Below, piece by piece: positions 1 through 13,161 of a DNA stretch of 64,000 nt. Numbering within the stretch: position 1 is the first letter of the stretch; each line of letters begins with the position of its first letter. The DNA is taken from assembly GCF_009914755.1 (NCBI RefSeq), contig NC_060927.1; one strand, written 5' to 3'. The translations under genes and the position numbers were made by a program. The notes under the pieces were generated by a model. That model saw only the letters and a list, made by a program, of their open reading frames with translations. It searched no databases and was not told the origin of the DNA. The DNA is from the human T2T-CHM13v2.0 reference genome, Homo sapiens.

Positions 1-291
1 GCATTTAATGCATAAAACCTGCACGTATCCATATGAATAAATCTCAAAACCAATGTTGAATAGAAGGTGCAAGTGGCAGGTGGCAGAAGTATTCATTCTG
101 TGCTGGCAGAATGAATGTCACTTATGCAAAACAGGTTCTGCCCGCACATGGCCCACATCTGGGCATGTAGCTGATGCCCAGAAGTGGTAAACTAACCTGA
201 GAAGGACTGCCATCACTACCTTCACTGTGGACAGGGACAAGAGTATTTTACCCTTATTTTACAGGCTAAATGGAAGCCCAGGGGAAGGAGA

Positions 292-815
292 TTTTCTTTT
301 CTTTTCTTTTCTTTTCTTTTTTCTTTTCTTTTTTTATTTTACTTTAAGTTTCGGATACATGTGCAGAACGTGCAGGTTTGTTACATAGGTATGGTGTGCC
401 ATGGTGGTTTGCTGCACCTATCAACCCATGATCTAGGTTTTAAGCCCTACATGCATTAGGTATTTGTCCTAATGCTCTCCCTCCCCTTGCCCCCTACCCT
501 CCGACAGACCTTGGTGTGTGTTGTTCCCCTCCCTGTGTCCATGTGTTCTCATTGTGCAACTCCCACTTATGAGTGAGAACATACGGTGGTTAGGTTTTCT
601 GTTCCTGTGTTAGTTTGCTGAAGATCATGGCTTCCAGCTTTATCCATGTCCCTGCAAAGGACACAATCTCATTCTTTTTATGGCTGCATAGTATTCCATG
701 GTGTATATGTACTACGTTTTCTTTATCCAGTCTATCATTGATGGGGCTATTTAGGTTGGTTCTATGTCTTTGCTATTGTAAATAGTGCTGCAATAAACAT
801 ACGTGGCATGTGTCT
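292..815 (-). mobile_element. L1PA 3' end fragment (older primate L1) with poly(A)/(GAAAA)n tail
   Basis: L1 3'UTR and ORF2-end sequence (ggctgcatagtattccatggtgtatatg; tcccacttatgagtgagaac). Confidence 0.9.
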
Positions 816-905
816 TTTTTTTTTTTTGAGACAGTCTCACTCTGTCACCCAGGCTGGAGTGCAGTAGCACAGTCTCGGCTCACTGCAACCTCCACCTCTT
901 GGTTC
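816..905 (-). mobile_element. Alu right-arm 3' fragment (~90 bp)
   Basis: poly-T followed by gagacagtctcactctgtcacccaggctggagtgcag; ends abruptly. Confidence 0.9.
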
Positions 906-937
906 CTCCTGAAGACTGTAGGGGGTACTTGGGGTCA
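837..937 (-). pseudogene. PRSS46P: Truncated PRSS46P exon 4 (VTPSTPYSLQE) fused to an Alu 3' fragment; stop at 837-839
   Basis: Acceptor ctctgtttcctcag at 938; phase-1 translation gives the LQE motif typical of this exon, then runs directly into Alu sequence GAACCAAGAGGTGGAGGTTGCAGTGAG. Confidence 0.75.
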
Positions 938-1720
938 CTGAGGAAACAGAGAGCCAGCCTTGTCATCCCCTCTGCTTTTCGGCACATCCCCATCACAGAG
1001 TTGTCCACGTTTGCTAAGGTGGGAGGGAGGGCCATTTCCTGGGATGGTGATTGATAAAGGCCCCAGCCCACAGCCTAACTTTTGAAACAGCCCAGCTCAT
1101 TAAAAAAGACTACACAAAAGTGTCCCAAGGGGCTTGGAGTGATATCCAGGCACCAAAGGACAAATAGGACAAGAGGGGATTTCTCCAGGAATTCAGGTTC
1201 CATGAGGGTGAAGAGTTCAGTTCTGCCCCATGGCCACCGGCAAGGTGCCAAGACCCTAGAGCCCCAAGACGGCACCCCCTGGAAAGCAGGCCCCCACAAA
1301 GCCTCCCAGATTCTAGGACCCAAGGAGAGCACCAACAGGGGCCGGACCTCCAGGAATTTGGGGGTACCTCAGGATAACCAGTACACAAGATGGATAGAGA
1401 AACCTCAATACCTCAGTATGTCCTGAGATCGTGGCCCTCATGCCATTAATGGGAACTCCATTAATAACCAAGAATTCACTTCCTGCCATGCTGCAGGGTA
1501 AGCACTTGGCATTTCATTTAACTTCACTTTGGGAACTGAGGTCCATGCAGGTCACATGTGTCTTTTACACTAGAGCACTGGGTACATCTTTGTATTAAGA
1601 GGTCAGGAAATGTTTGCTGCCTGAGTGAATGAGTGAATAAAGGAATGAATGAAGGAGCCCGTGATGGGGCTGTGTTCTGAGGAGGCGAGTGTCTTGTAAC
1701 CTCTGCCAGCCTTCACTCAC

Positions 1721-1980
1721 CTTTTTTCCCTGTAGTTCCCCAGCCGATTACCCAGCACATGCTTCCAATGGATGGCTTGAATTTGATGTTAGGGAGGCAG
1801 ACAGGCTGGACGAAGGGGGACCACGAGATGGAGTCCCTGAGCTTTAGGAGGGCAATGTCCTGAGACATGAGATTGCTGAAATCCTTATGAATCACCATGC
1901 GAGTGAGCGGGAGCTGAGTGCTATTTTCTGGGCGCTGGTGGACTCCCACCATCACGGAGTACAGGCTGAGGTCCTTGAAT
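1721..1980 (-). CDS. PRSS46P: PRSS46P exon 3 (DIALLKL catalytic Asp, PVCLP, CWVIGWG)
   Basis: Acceptor cctgcag, donor G|gtgagt; phase 2 to phase 1. Confidence 0.9.
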
Positions 1981-2149
1981 CTGCAGGACCATGGGTAGGA
2001 GGCAGGTCGCCAATGGTAAGGCCATAAGTAAAGGAGGAGACAGGCCCTGAGCTCAGGACCACCCAGCCAGGCCCCCTGCTCCCAGATCCCTAGATTCACC
2101 AGGGACTCCCCAGGCCAGAAAGCAAAGTCCCCAGCCCCCGCTGACTGAC

Positions 2150-2327
2150 CTCTGCAAGCAGTGCGCAGCCGTGAGGACCCACTGGTGGTGGATGAGGGAG
2201 CCACTGCAGATGTACGTGCCCAGGAAAAGGATGCTCACCTGCCATGGCCACTTGCCTACCTCTACCAGCTTCCCCTTCACCACCCTGCAGGACACGTTGG
2301 TCTGACCGCAGGCCCGGAGCCAGGGCC
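2150..2327 (-). CDS. PRSS46P: PRSS46P exon 2 (CGQT..RVVKG..WPWQVS..TAAHC, catalytic His)
   Basis: Acceptor ctttcctcag, donor AG|gtcagt; trypsin His motif. Confidence 0.9.
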
Positions 2328-2487
2328 CTGAGGAAAGAGGATCTCAGGCAGCAAAGGGCAACCCTCACACCCCTGGACACAGCAGATTTGAGACAGAGAG
2401 AGCTGCCTTCCAGCCCTGTCATAAGCAGCCACTGCCACATGCACATGTGAGAAGGGGCTTTTCCCACTGCCTCAAAACTGGCAACCA

Positions 2488-2897
<410 letters not shown>

Positions 2898-3284
2898 TCA
2901 TCCTTGCCCGTAGTTTACACAAACAGATGGTTGGGGGAGAGAAGCAGAAGAGAGAATCACCACAGGGGCGAGCTGTCAGCCAGGGGATAGGTGATGGGGC
3001 ACAAGTCGGCCAGGCTGCCTGTCCCCAGTGAAGAGTAATGTCACACTGCACTGCTCTAGGGGCCACCCATGCCCCTGGAGGTGCAGTCCTTGTGACCGTG
3101 TAGGGAAGTGAGTAGAGATGTGTGTCCATTCCCTCCTTGACTCTCACTGGCCCCAGCAGCAGGGGTGAGAAGAGAGCAGGCTGCACTGAACCAGGTGTGA
3201 GATGGAGATTTTAAACAGGCCCAGTCTGGATTGCTACAGGTATTTACTAACTAAACATCATAAAGGATAAGAAAGGGAGAAAGT

Positions 3285-3552
3285 CACACCAGTAATCACA
3301 GAGCTTTGGAAAGCCCAGGAGGGAGGATGGCTTGAGGCCAGGAGTTCAAGGCCAGCCTGAGCAACATAGCGAGATCTTATTTCTACAAAAGCAAAATTAA
3401 TCAGGTGTGGTGGTGCACACCTGTAGTCCCAGCTACTCAGGAGACTGAGGCGGGAGGATCACTTGAGCCCAGGAGTTCAAGGCTACAGTGAACTAGGATT
3501 GCACCCTCCATTCCAGCCTGGGTGACAGAGCAAGACCCTGTCTCTAAAAAAA
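3285..3552 (+). mobile_element. AluJ-like element
   Basis: Diverged Alu dimer. Confidence 0.85.
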
Positions 3553-3570
3553 TTTTAATCTTTTTTTTTT

Positions 3571-3607
3571 AAATATGGAACGCTTCACGAATTTGCATGT
3601 CATCCTT
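3571..3607 (-). ncRNA. U6 snRNA 3'-end retropseudogene fragment (37 nt) with poly(A) tail at 3561-3570
   Basis: Reverse complement reads AAGGATGACATGCAAATTCGTGAAGCGTTCCATATTT, one mismatch from the U6 3' end. Confidence 0.88.
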
Positions 3608-3893
3608 TTTTCACCCCCAAAGAGTCTATTGAACACAGGTATTGAATTCTGGCTACAGCACTCGCAAACCACTGAAGCTCTGTGAGTCTCAGTTTCTCAC
3701 TGTGAAATGGGATGCTGGTGAAGCTCGCCTCACAGGGTGTTGCGACCTCACTCAGTCTCAGCCGCGCTGATACAGAGTGGGCACTAAGCCTCACTTCCTC
3801 ATCATCGCAAGATGGGGTCTCCTATGACTGTGCCTCCCAAACAAGCTCACTCGTTCCATGGATGTTAGTGTTAGTGTTAGTGTTAGTCTGTTC

Positions 3894-4180
3894 CTTTTTT
3901 TTTTTTTTTTTTTTGAGATGGAGTCTCACTTTGTCACCCAGGCTGGTGTGCGGTGGTGTGATCTCAGCTCACTGCAACTTCCACTTCCCAGGTTCAAGCT
4001 GTTTTCGTGCCTCAACCTCCTGAGTAGCTGGGATTACAGATGTGCACCACCATGCCCAATTTTTGTATTTTTAGTAGAGACAGGGTTTTGCCATGTTGGC
4101 CAGGCTAGTCTCAAGTGATCCGCCCTCCTTGGCCTCCCACGGTGCTGGGATTACAGGCGTGAGCCACTGTGCCCACTGCG
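3894..4180 (-). mobile_element. AluS element, preceded by (GTTAGT)4 at 3864-3887
   Basis: Alu consensus match. Confidence 0.9.
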
Positions 4181-4391
4181 TTCCCCCATTTTTAATAAGG
4201 CTCTTCCCTCCTGTCATGGTCACCCTTGAAATTGGAACCGCCCTGACACCGTTTGGGTCCCCAGTCTGCTGAGGATGTACCACCCACCAGGACATGGACA
4301 CACCAAGGCCCTTCAGGCATGAGGACAGCCCGACACAGGCACCCGGCAAACAGACCCCTCCAGCCTCCGTCCCATGCCCCTGAAGCCTTAC

Positions 4392-4473
4392 CTTCAATAG
4401 ACGGCTGATAATCTAATCTGGCAGAGGAAAGCGGAGATGTAAGGCTTTGAAGATCCCCCGGCCCACAGGCCAT
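4392..4473 (-). CDS. PRSS46P: PRSS46P coding exon 1 (MACGPG...QPSIE, phase 1)
   Basis: ATG at 4473; donor G|gtaagg at 4391; 82 nt. Confidence 0.8.
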
Positions 4474-4980
4474 GGCAAGTGGGTATCTACTCCTCAATGC
4501 TCCTTCTAACGGATGTGGAGGCAGAGGGGATGGGGCACCTCTACTATGCCAAGATTCTAGAACTCATGCTTTGTGTGTTCATGACTGTGGGGAGTAGGCA
4601 TCCGCCCCAAGGTTGGAGGCCTACCTGGCTGTGGCAGTCACAGGACTCTGAGAAGGAGGCAGTGTGGTCATGGCAAGGCCCTGCCAGGGCCACAAGGTGA
4701 TGCTGCTGTCAGGAACCTCCCTGGAGTGGTACTCCCGGTGCTCGGCCCGTGACAGTGCCTCCTAGGCCCAGCTCTCTGCAGTGTACCCTATGTCCAGCCT
4801 TGGCCTTGATGGTGCCCCCAGTGTGTAGTTCTGAGCCTGTGACAGTACGATGTGCCTGGCTCGTGACAGTGCCTGGTACCTGGCCCATGAAGCACCCTAG
4901 TGCCCAGCCCAGGCTCCTTTGTGAACCCCCTCTCACGCCTCCCTGGAGGTGTGGAAACTGAGGCACTGAGAGGGAGATAA

Positions 4981-5320
<340 letters not shown>

Positions 5321-6341
5321 CAAGGTCTGTATTTTCAAAGGAAAGAGCTCCTGGGTTGAGGAAATCTAGGTATGTTTAACCTGGCAGGGTGGCTTCCTAA
5401 GAGGAAGCCACTTGCAGACTTGGGTCTTCACAAATCAGCAGAATGAATGACATCTGGGGACACCTCGTCACCACTCCCCCGAGGTCTCCCTTCCCAAGGA
5501 TCCCAGGCTCCTCACACTGTCCATGCAGGAAGCTCCTGCTCCACCCTGCAGCCAGTGCTGCCAAGGACACGGAGTGACGAGGTTGTTCACACACTGCTGG
5601 GGAGATAAACTGACATGACCACTATAAATGACTGTTTGGAATCATTTAGCAGAGCAGAAAGTGTGCCTACCCCACAACCCACAGTTCTACTCCTGGCTTC
5701 ATGCCCTAGAAACTGCACAGATGCAGCAGGACAGGTGCAAGAGACTGTTCACTAGCAGTGCTGCTGGGAAGGGTCCCAGCTGGAAACTACCCAACTGCCA
5801 TCCAAGGTGCAACAGCTACGCGGAATCTTCAGCGGCAGTGAGAATGGATGAGCTGCTGCTACACCTAGCTGGAAGGTGACGCTCATAACCCTATTCTGAG
5901 TGAGACAATTCAGATACAAAAGTCAGATACAGTCTGTGTACTGTATGAAATTAAAAAACAGGCAAAACAAACTAATTTTAGAGCTATATGGTAGAAAATC
6001 AAGGAAATTATTATCTGTACAATCAAATTCCCTCCAGGGGGAAAGACATAGAAAGGGAAAGAGGGAGAAAGAAAAGAGAAACTTCAGAGAAGAGAAACGC
6101 TATCACTCTTCTGCCTTTGCAGAAAATAATTCTTTGGGGGAAACAACCAATCAATAAAACAAAACAGGATAACTGAATAAAGATCAGGCATATCTGTTAT
6201 CACAACCAATGTGAATGCATAGAATTCTACTTTTAAAATAAAAAGATCTTCATGTTGGGTAGAAAAAAACCCATCCACATACTACTTATTAAAGACACAC
6301 CAAAAACAAAGTGGCATAAATAAGGTGAAAGTAAAAAGATG

Positions 6342-6600
6342 TGGCTGGGCTTGGTGGCTCACACCTGCAATCCCAGAACTTTGGGAGGCTGGGGTGGGTG
6401 GATGGCTTGAGCCCAGGAGTTCGACACCAGCCTAGCCAACATAGTGAGACCTCGTCTTTAGAAAAAATTTAAAAAATTAGCCAGGTGTGGTGGCATGCAC
6501 CTGTGGTCCCAGCTACCCGGGAGGCTGAGATTGTGGTGAGCTGAGATCACGCCACTGCACTCCAGACTGGGCAACAGAATGAGACCCTGTCTCAAAAAAT
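6342..6600 (+). mobile_element. Alu element with internal deletion, inside old L1M fragments (about 5600-8760)
   Basis: Alu match; flanks are A-rich decayed L1 ORF2-like sequence. Confidence 0.85.
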
Positions 6601-6988
6601 ATTAATTTTAAAAATTAGAAATTAATTAAATTTTTAAAAGATAGGCAAAAATATATTTATATGCAAGCAAAAGTGGCAATGGCAATGTGAATCTCTAAAA
6701 ATGATTCAAGACAAATTATTTAAACAGAAAAAGAAAGCTATTTTGTGTTGAAAAAGGCACAAATTGCAATATGTAACATCATAAAGTTCTGTCCATCAAT
6801 AAAATAACATCAAACATATGAAACAAAATCAATCAGCAACACATGAGAAGCTGGAAAATCTCTCTTGCAGTGGGAGAGTCTTCTCCAACTCACTCTGTCC
6901 TTGAGAGACGGAATAGCTATAAACTACTAATAAAATAATACTAATAATTAGAGCAATACGTTATTTAAAAACCTTACTGGGTGTGCCC

Positions 6989-7259
6989 AAGGCAAATTCA
7001 TAACCTTAAAGATATTTAGTATTGAATAACAGAGAATGAAAATAAATGACCTAAATACTCAAATCTAAAAACTATAAAAAGTGGAAAATAAACCAGAGGA
7101 AAATCTGAAGGAAAAAAAGTACAAAATATAAAATTGTACCTCAATCAATTAGAAGAACTGCCAAAATTAAGAATGAACTCTGATCTGGATCTTTGAAAAA
7201 ACAAGTAATGTTACATAGGACAAAAGGCATGTTTTATATTGATAGGGTGTAACCCACTA
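6989..7259 (+). repeat. 271-bp local duplication, copy 1 (donor)
   Basis: Near-identical to 8814-9084 (about 4 mismatches by eye). Confidence 0.92.
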
Positions 7260-7489
7260 AGATAATACAGCAGGCATGAACCCTGTATTCCTAACAACAC
7301 AGCTTTGAAACATAGAAAGCAAGAATTGTGCAAGAAGAAATAGGCAAATTCTTAAGTTTTGCAGTAAACTTCTTAGAAATCAACAAATTATGCAGCCGTA
7401 AAATATGTCAGGTGTTGAGATAATTTGAATAACACAATCAACAAGCCTGATCCAATCAGTTATGGCTCAAACTTCGTTCTAAAACACAC

Positions 7490-7962
7490 ACTTTTAACTA
7501 TTTTAGGTTCAGGAGTACATGTGCAGGTTTGTTACTTAGGTAAACTTGTGTCACAGGGGTTTGTTGTACAGATTATTTCATCACCCAGATACTATGCCTT
7601 GTATCCAACAATTATTTTTTCTGCTCCTCTCCCTCCTCCTTTGCATCACTAAAACCAAGGAGGCTCCAGGAACAATGCTGCTGTTGTTCCCCTCTATGTG
7701 TCCATGTGTTCTCATCATTTAGCTCCCACTTAGAAGTGAGAACATGTGGTATCTGGTTTTCTGTTCCTGCATTAGTTTGCTAAGGATAATGGCCTCCAGC
7801 TCCAACCATTTTCCCGCAAAAGACGTATCTCTTTCTTTTTTATGGCTGCATAGTATTCCATGGTGTTTGTGTAACACATTTTCTTTATCCAGTGTCATTG
7901 ATAGGCCTTTAGGTTGATTCCATGTCTTGGCTATTGTGAATAGTGCTGCAATGAACACTTGT
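7490..7962 (-). mobile_element. Old L1PA/L1PB 3' end fragment
   Basis: L1 3' end; ORF 7719-7970 resembles the ORF2 C-terminus ([16 protein letters not shown]). Confidence 0.85.
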
Positions 7963-8075
7963 GAAAACACACACTTTCATTTCAGACGCACAACACTCAC
8001 TAAGACTAACCAAATACTAAGCCACAAATAAAACCTCAAAAAATTCAAAAATGCAGAAATAATTAAATTCATACA

Positions 8076-8394
8076 CAGTCGTGCATCACTTAATGACAGG
8101 GATACAGTATGAGAAATGCATTGTTAGGCAATTTCATCACCATGCAAACATAAGACTGTGCTTACACACGCCTAGATGGTACATATATATTTTTATGTAT
8201 ATGTATTTTTTCATCAGGAAAACCAAATGTCCCAGCACCATTAGTGAATGTCAGTCATTCCCTTACTTGTCTGCAATGCCACTATCAACTACCATATATC
8301 AGGTTTCTATATATGCTCCATTATAATCTTATGGGACCACTCTTGTATATGTGGTCTGTAATCGACTGAAATGTCATTATGTGGCATATGACTG
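8076..8394. mobile_element. Tigger3/MER7-type non-autonomous DNA transposon
   Basis: Inverted ends cagtcgtgcatcacttaatgac ... gtcattatgtggcatatgactg followed by TA. Confidence 0.75.
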
Positions 8395-8813
8395 TAGTGA
8401 TATAGAGAAAAAGAAGCCCTCATTCCTCCCAAGAACTACCCATCAGGAAATTAAATAACACCCTTCTATATAACTCTTGGACTAAATAAGAAATATACTG
8501 TGAAATTATAAACAATACAGAAATGAATGACAATGAGGCCAGTACGTATCAAATCCTGTGAAATATGGCTAAAGTGGGACTCAGAGGAAAATTTATGGAA
8601 TTAACTGAAAATACTAGAACACAAAGAACTCTAAAATAATGAACTAAGCCCACTACTCAAGAGGTTACAAAAAGAGCAATAAAATAATCACATGGAGGCA
8701 TCCACTTCTCATTTTGGTATATTTTCTTCTACATTTTTTTCTTAAAAAAGAAGATTATGAGATATATATATATATCTAGATATATATATCTTTGAAATAT
8801 ATATATATATTTG

Positions 8814-9084
8814 AAGGCAAATTCATAACCTTAAAGATATTTATTATTGAATAACAGAGAATGAAAATAAATGACCTAAATACTCAAATCTAAAAACTAT
8901 AAAGAGTAGAAAATAAACCAGAGGAAAATCTGAAGGAAAAAAAGTACAAAATATAAAATTGTACCTTAATCAATTAGAAGAACTGCCAAAATTAAGAATG
9001 AACTCTGATCTGGATCTTTGAAAAAACAAGTAATGTTACATAGGACAAAAGGCATGTTTTATATTGATAGGGTGTAACCCACTA
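8814..9084 (+). repeat. 271-bp local duplication, copy 2, embedded in a (TA)n array
   Basis: Matches 6989-7259; flanked on both sides by TA-rich simple repeat. Confidence 0.92.
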
Positions 9085-9729
<645 letters not shown>

Positions 9730-10190
9730 TATGAGCAATAATTTTTAAGAAAAAAATGTAGAAGAAGATATACCAAAATGAGAAGCGGATGCCTCCATGT
9801 GGTGGGACTCCAGGGGACGTCTATTTTCTTTAGGCTCGACTATGTTTTCTAATTTTCTACAATAAACATGCACTACTTTTATAATTGGTTTAAAAAAAAA
9901 GAAAGCTGCTTTTGGAGTACTATTGTGAGTCACTCCTACTGCAGCCTAAAAGCCTGCATGTTTCAACTGTTCCCTTAACAGCATGCCCACTTTACAGACA
10001 AGGAAACTGAGGTCACAGGCCCAGACTTTTTCCTTAAACCCCAGCACTAATGATACAGCAAAAACCAGCAGTCCCCACTCCAGACAGCCTCCTGGCAGAC
10101 TTAATTCCAGGAAGCTCTGCCATCCCACCCACGGCCAACCCCCAGGACTACCCCAGAAAAGAGAAAAGAGTCAGCTCAAGTTTGCACATG

Positions 10191-10196
10191 TTTAAT
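10191..10196 (-). terminator. Candidate PRSS45P polyadenylation signal ATTAAA
   Basis: First poly(A)-signal hexamer noticed, about 240 nt after the stop. Confidence 0.4.
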
Positions 10197-10434
10197 CCCT
10201 GCTCTCCTGGTCCCAGATTCCAGAATCCTTCTAGGCCACACTTCCCTTCTCCTGCTCACCCAAGGCCTAGTCATCCACCACACTTCTCCTCACCGGGATG
10301 CCAAAGCCAGACCCATTCTCCCAGGGGTTACTCTTCCCCACCCTGACTCTTTTTGAAGATGGACACATGACCTTGGTCAAACCATCTGGCCCCATTCAGC
10401 AGAGGCAAGGCAGGAGGAGGAAAAGGTAGGGAGG

Positions 10435-10668
10435 TCAGGAGCCCATCTGGGGCTGCAGCAGCCAGCACAGGAACAGGAGGCAGGCAGAGGCACAGGGACC
10501 TGAGAAGGCTCCATTGCTCATTTGCTTCTTGATCCATTTGGTGTATTTGGTGATGCGGGTGTACACACCTGGATTCTGTGCCTTCACGCAGGCCTTTTCC
10601 CAGGACAACACCCCAGCCAGAATCCATCTGCCCTCAACTTCACAAGCCAATGGCCCTCCAGAATCCCC
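10435..10668 (-). CDS. PRSS45P: PRSS45P last exon (GDSGGPL catalytic Ser; GPI-like hydrophobic tail)
   Basis: Acceptor ttttgcctag; stop TGA at 10435-10437. Confidence 0.9.
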   Translation of the reverse strand, partial: GDSGGPLACEVEGRWILAGVLSWEKACVKAQNPGVYTRITKYTKWIKKQMSNGAFSGPCASACLLFLCWLLQPQMGS

Positions 10669-10997
10669 CTAGGCAAAAAGAGAGGAGTGATGGAGGCTGT
10701 GGGTCCAGCTGGGCCTGCTGGGCCCTGTGGACCCATGCCCACCCTCTGAGCTCTGCTGGGAGGGTTTTCACTCCTCCAGGACCTCACTACTTGGGGTCCT
10801 CTTTTGGCTCCTCAGTTGGGACCCACACCCCAGAATCAGGGCAAAAGTCAGCATCACAGGGGAAGGAAGACAGGAGCAGAGCACTACTGGGTGATGGTAA
10901 CGGAGGGAGGCCGGGCCAACCCCGCCCCAGGGAACTGCCTCCACCCAGGAGTGGTTCCCAGCAGAAGCAGAGCTACCAGAACCTCCCAGAAACTCAC

Positions 10998-11167
10998 ATA
11001 GCACAAGTTTTCCCCATAATTGGTGGCACAGATCATGTCCCCCAGGACAAGGGGGACAACTGGGGGGAAGAAGGACTTCTTGTAATGCCGGTCACACCTC
11101 TTGTTGTCCATGATAAACACCTCAGCCTCCTGCAGCTCTGGGGTCAGCATGGAGTTGGCTGTGGAGC
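10998..11167 (-). CDS. PRSS45P: PRSS45P penultimate exon (LQEAEV..MICA..NLCY)
   Basis: Acceptor ctgctag (alternative cag 9 nt downstream); donor TAT|gtgagt. Confidence 0.88.
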
Positions 11168-11950
11168 CTAGCAGGGTGAGCAGTGACCTCTCACTCCACC
11201 CAACCCTGACCTCTGTCCAGGGTCCTGTCCCCTTCACCCTGGAGACTCAGCCCAGCCACCGCCTGTCATACCTCCAAGCCCTCCCCTCCTTCACCGGCCC
11301 CTCCCCCTGCAGTGCAGGCCTTGTCTGAAAAGCCCCCGCCCTCGAAGGCTCTGAGTCCAGATCCCCTTCTTGGGAAACTTCTGCTTCTGAACCAAACCAG
11401 CCATAACTCAAGTCTCAGTGCAGCCGCTTCCAATCTGGGGCCCAGCCCCGCGCTGCTTCCCTGCAGACTCTCAGCTCTGCTGGCACGGCCGCTCTCCCCA
11501 CCTTCGTTAACACTCGCTCCTCCTCCAGGGCCTCAAGGCAGTCCCTCTGCCCAGAGCTCATTCCAGATCCCTCCCAGCTGGATCTCAAGACCACCAGACA
11601 AGAACTTTGCCTTGTTCTCCTCAGCCTGTGCCCACACCCACACCCAATCATGACTTCCCTCCAGGCAGGGCATGCATTTCTAATCCCAAGGGCTGGGTGC
11701 CGACACTCAAAGTGTGTCAAGTGAAGGAATGAGTGAATGCCCAGCTCTGAGCTTCTATAAGACACAGATGGTCATGCCCAGCCCAGGCACTACCAGGCCT
11801 GAATGAGGTGTCCACATAAACAGTGACAATGGTCACCACATGAGGAGTGGTCAACACATTCAGAGAACCAGGTCCAGCAGGAAAGGCCCCAGAAGGAAAG
11901 GAGTGTGCTCTCGGTGGTACTGCACCCACCCCCCATCCCATCCTGCTCAT

Positions 11951-12225
11951 CTGAAAAGCGCTGCTTAACCTGGCTCCAGCCAGTCACCCAACACTGCGTC
12001 CCAACCTTCAGGTTGAAATTGGGCTCCGGGAGGCAGATGGGCTGCACGTACTCACTGAAGGTGACAGGTGTTTGAAGGTGGACAAGGGCAACGTCACCCA
12101 TGATGAAGGCCCGGCCCCAGTACTTGGGGTGCATAATGATGTCCCTCACAGGGACCCAGAGGGCCCTGCTGAAGTTCATGGGCTGCAGCTTGGAGGTGCC
12201 AAGCACCACTGAGTACTCTTTGGTG
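11951..12225 (-). CDS. PRSS45P: PRSS45P Asp-motif exon with mutated donor (G|atgagc)
   Basis: Acceptor ttcccacag; DVALVHL, QPICLP, CWVTGW. Confidence 0.88.
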
Positions 12226-12726
12226 CTGTGGGAAACAGAGAGCCCCACCTGGTAGGTATCAGACTCCCAAGCAGGAACACACTCCTACCTCCCCGTGGCC
12301 CTACCCCTTTAGCAAGAGTCCTGCCTCCACCCAATCTGCCTAATCCAGCCTGAGGGCACTGAAGATCTCAGAGCTGACTGCCTCCTCATTCATCATTCAA
12401 ATTGATTCAAGGTGGCCTGGTCTGTGTGTTGTGCGTGCAGGTGTGGAAGTGTTGGTGTACACATATGCTCTCATGCGTGATGGGGTAGGGGGCGTGTTCT
12501 GGGTTTTCCTGTTGCTCAGCTTAGGGTGCAGTCTTTGTTGCTAGGGGCTCCCGCCCTAGCTCAGTCCCTGGCCCCCAGGAGACCCCGAGCACAATTCTCA
12601 CTTATCCCAGATGCCCTTCCCACTCCCTACCTCCCTCCCACACTGTTTCACTCAGGAAATGAGGAAGCTGGGCTGGGCCCATGGTAGCTTGAGGTCTCCA
12701 AGCCCTGCACACATGGGCCATACTCA

Positions 12727-13092
<366 letters not shown>

Positions 13093-13161
13093 TCAAGGCA
13101 GAGACATGGAGAGAGAGAGATTCTGAGTCACAGGGAGCCTTCAGCCCAGGACCTCAAAACA

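Noticed and set aside
1-291. Continuation of PRSS46 exon 4 or a GDSGG exon beyond the L1 fragment
   Set aside because: No protease-like translation on the minus strand by eye; any remaining exon would lie outside the window.
10578-11171. 197-aa plus-strand ORF antisense to PRSS45P
   Set aside because: Low-complexity shadow ORF of GC-rich exons and intron; no motif or splice support.
11943-11951. AT donor as a U12-type (AT-AC) intron
   Set aside because: The U12 donor is ATATCCTT; this reads ATGAGC and the acceptor is AG, so it is a mutated U2 donor.
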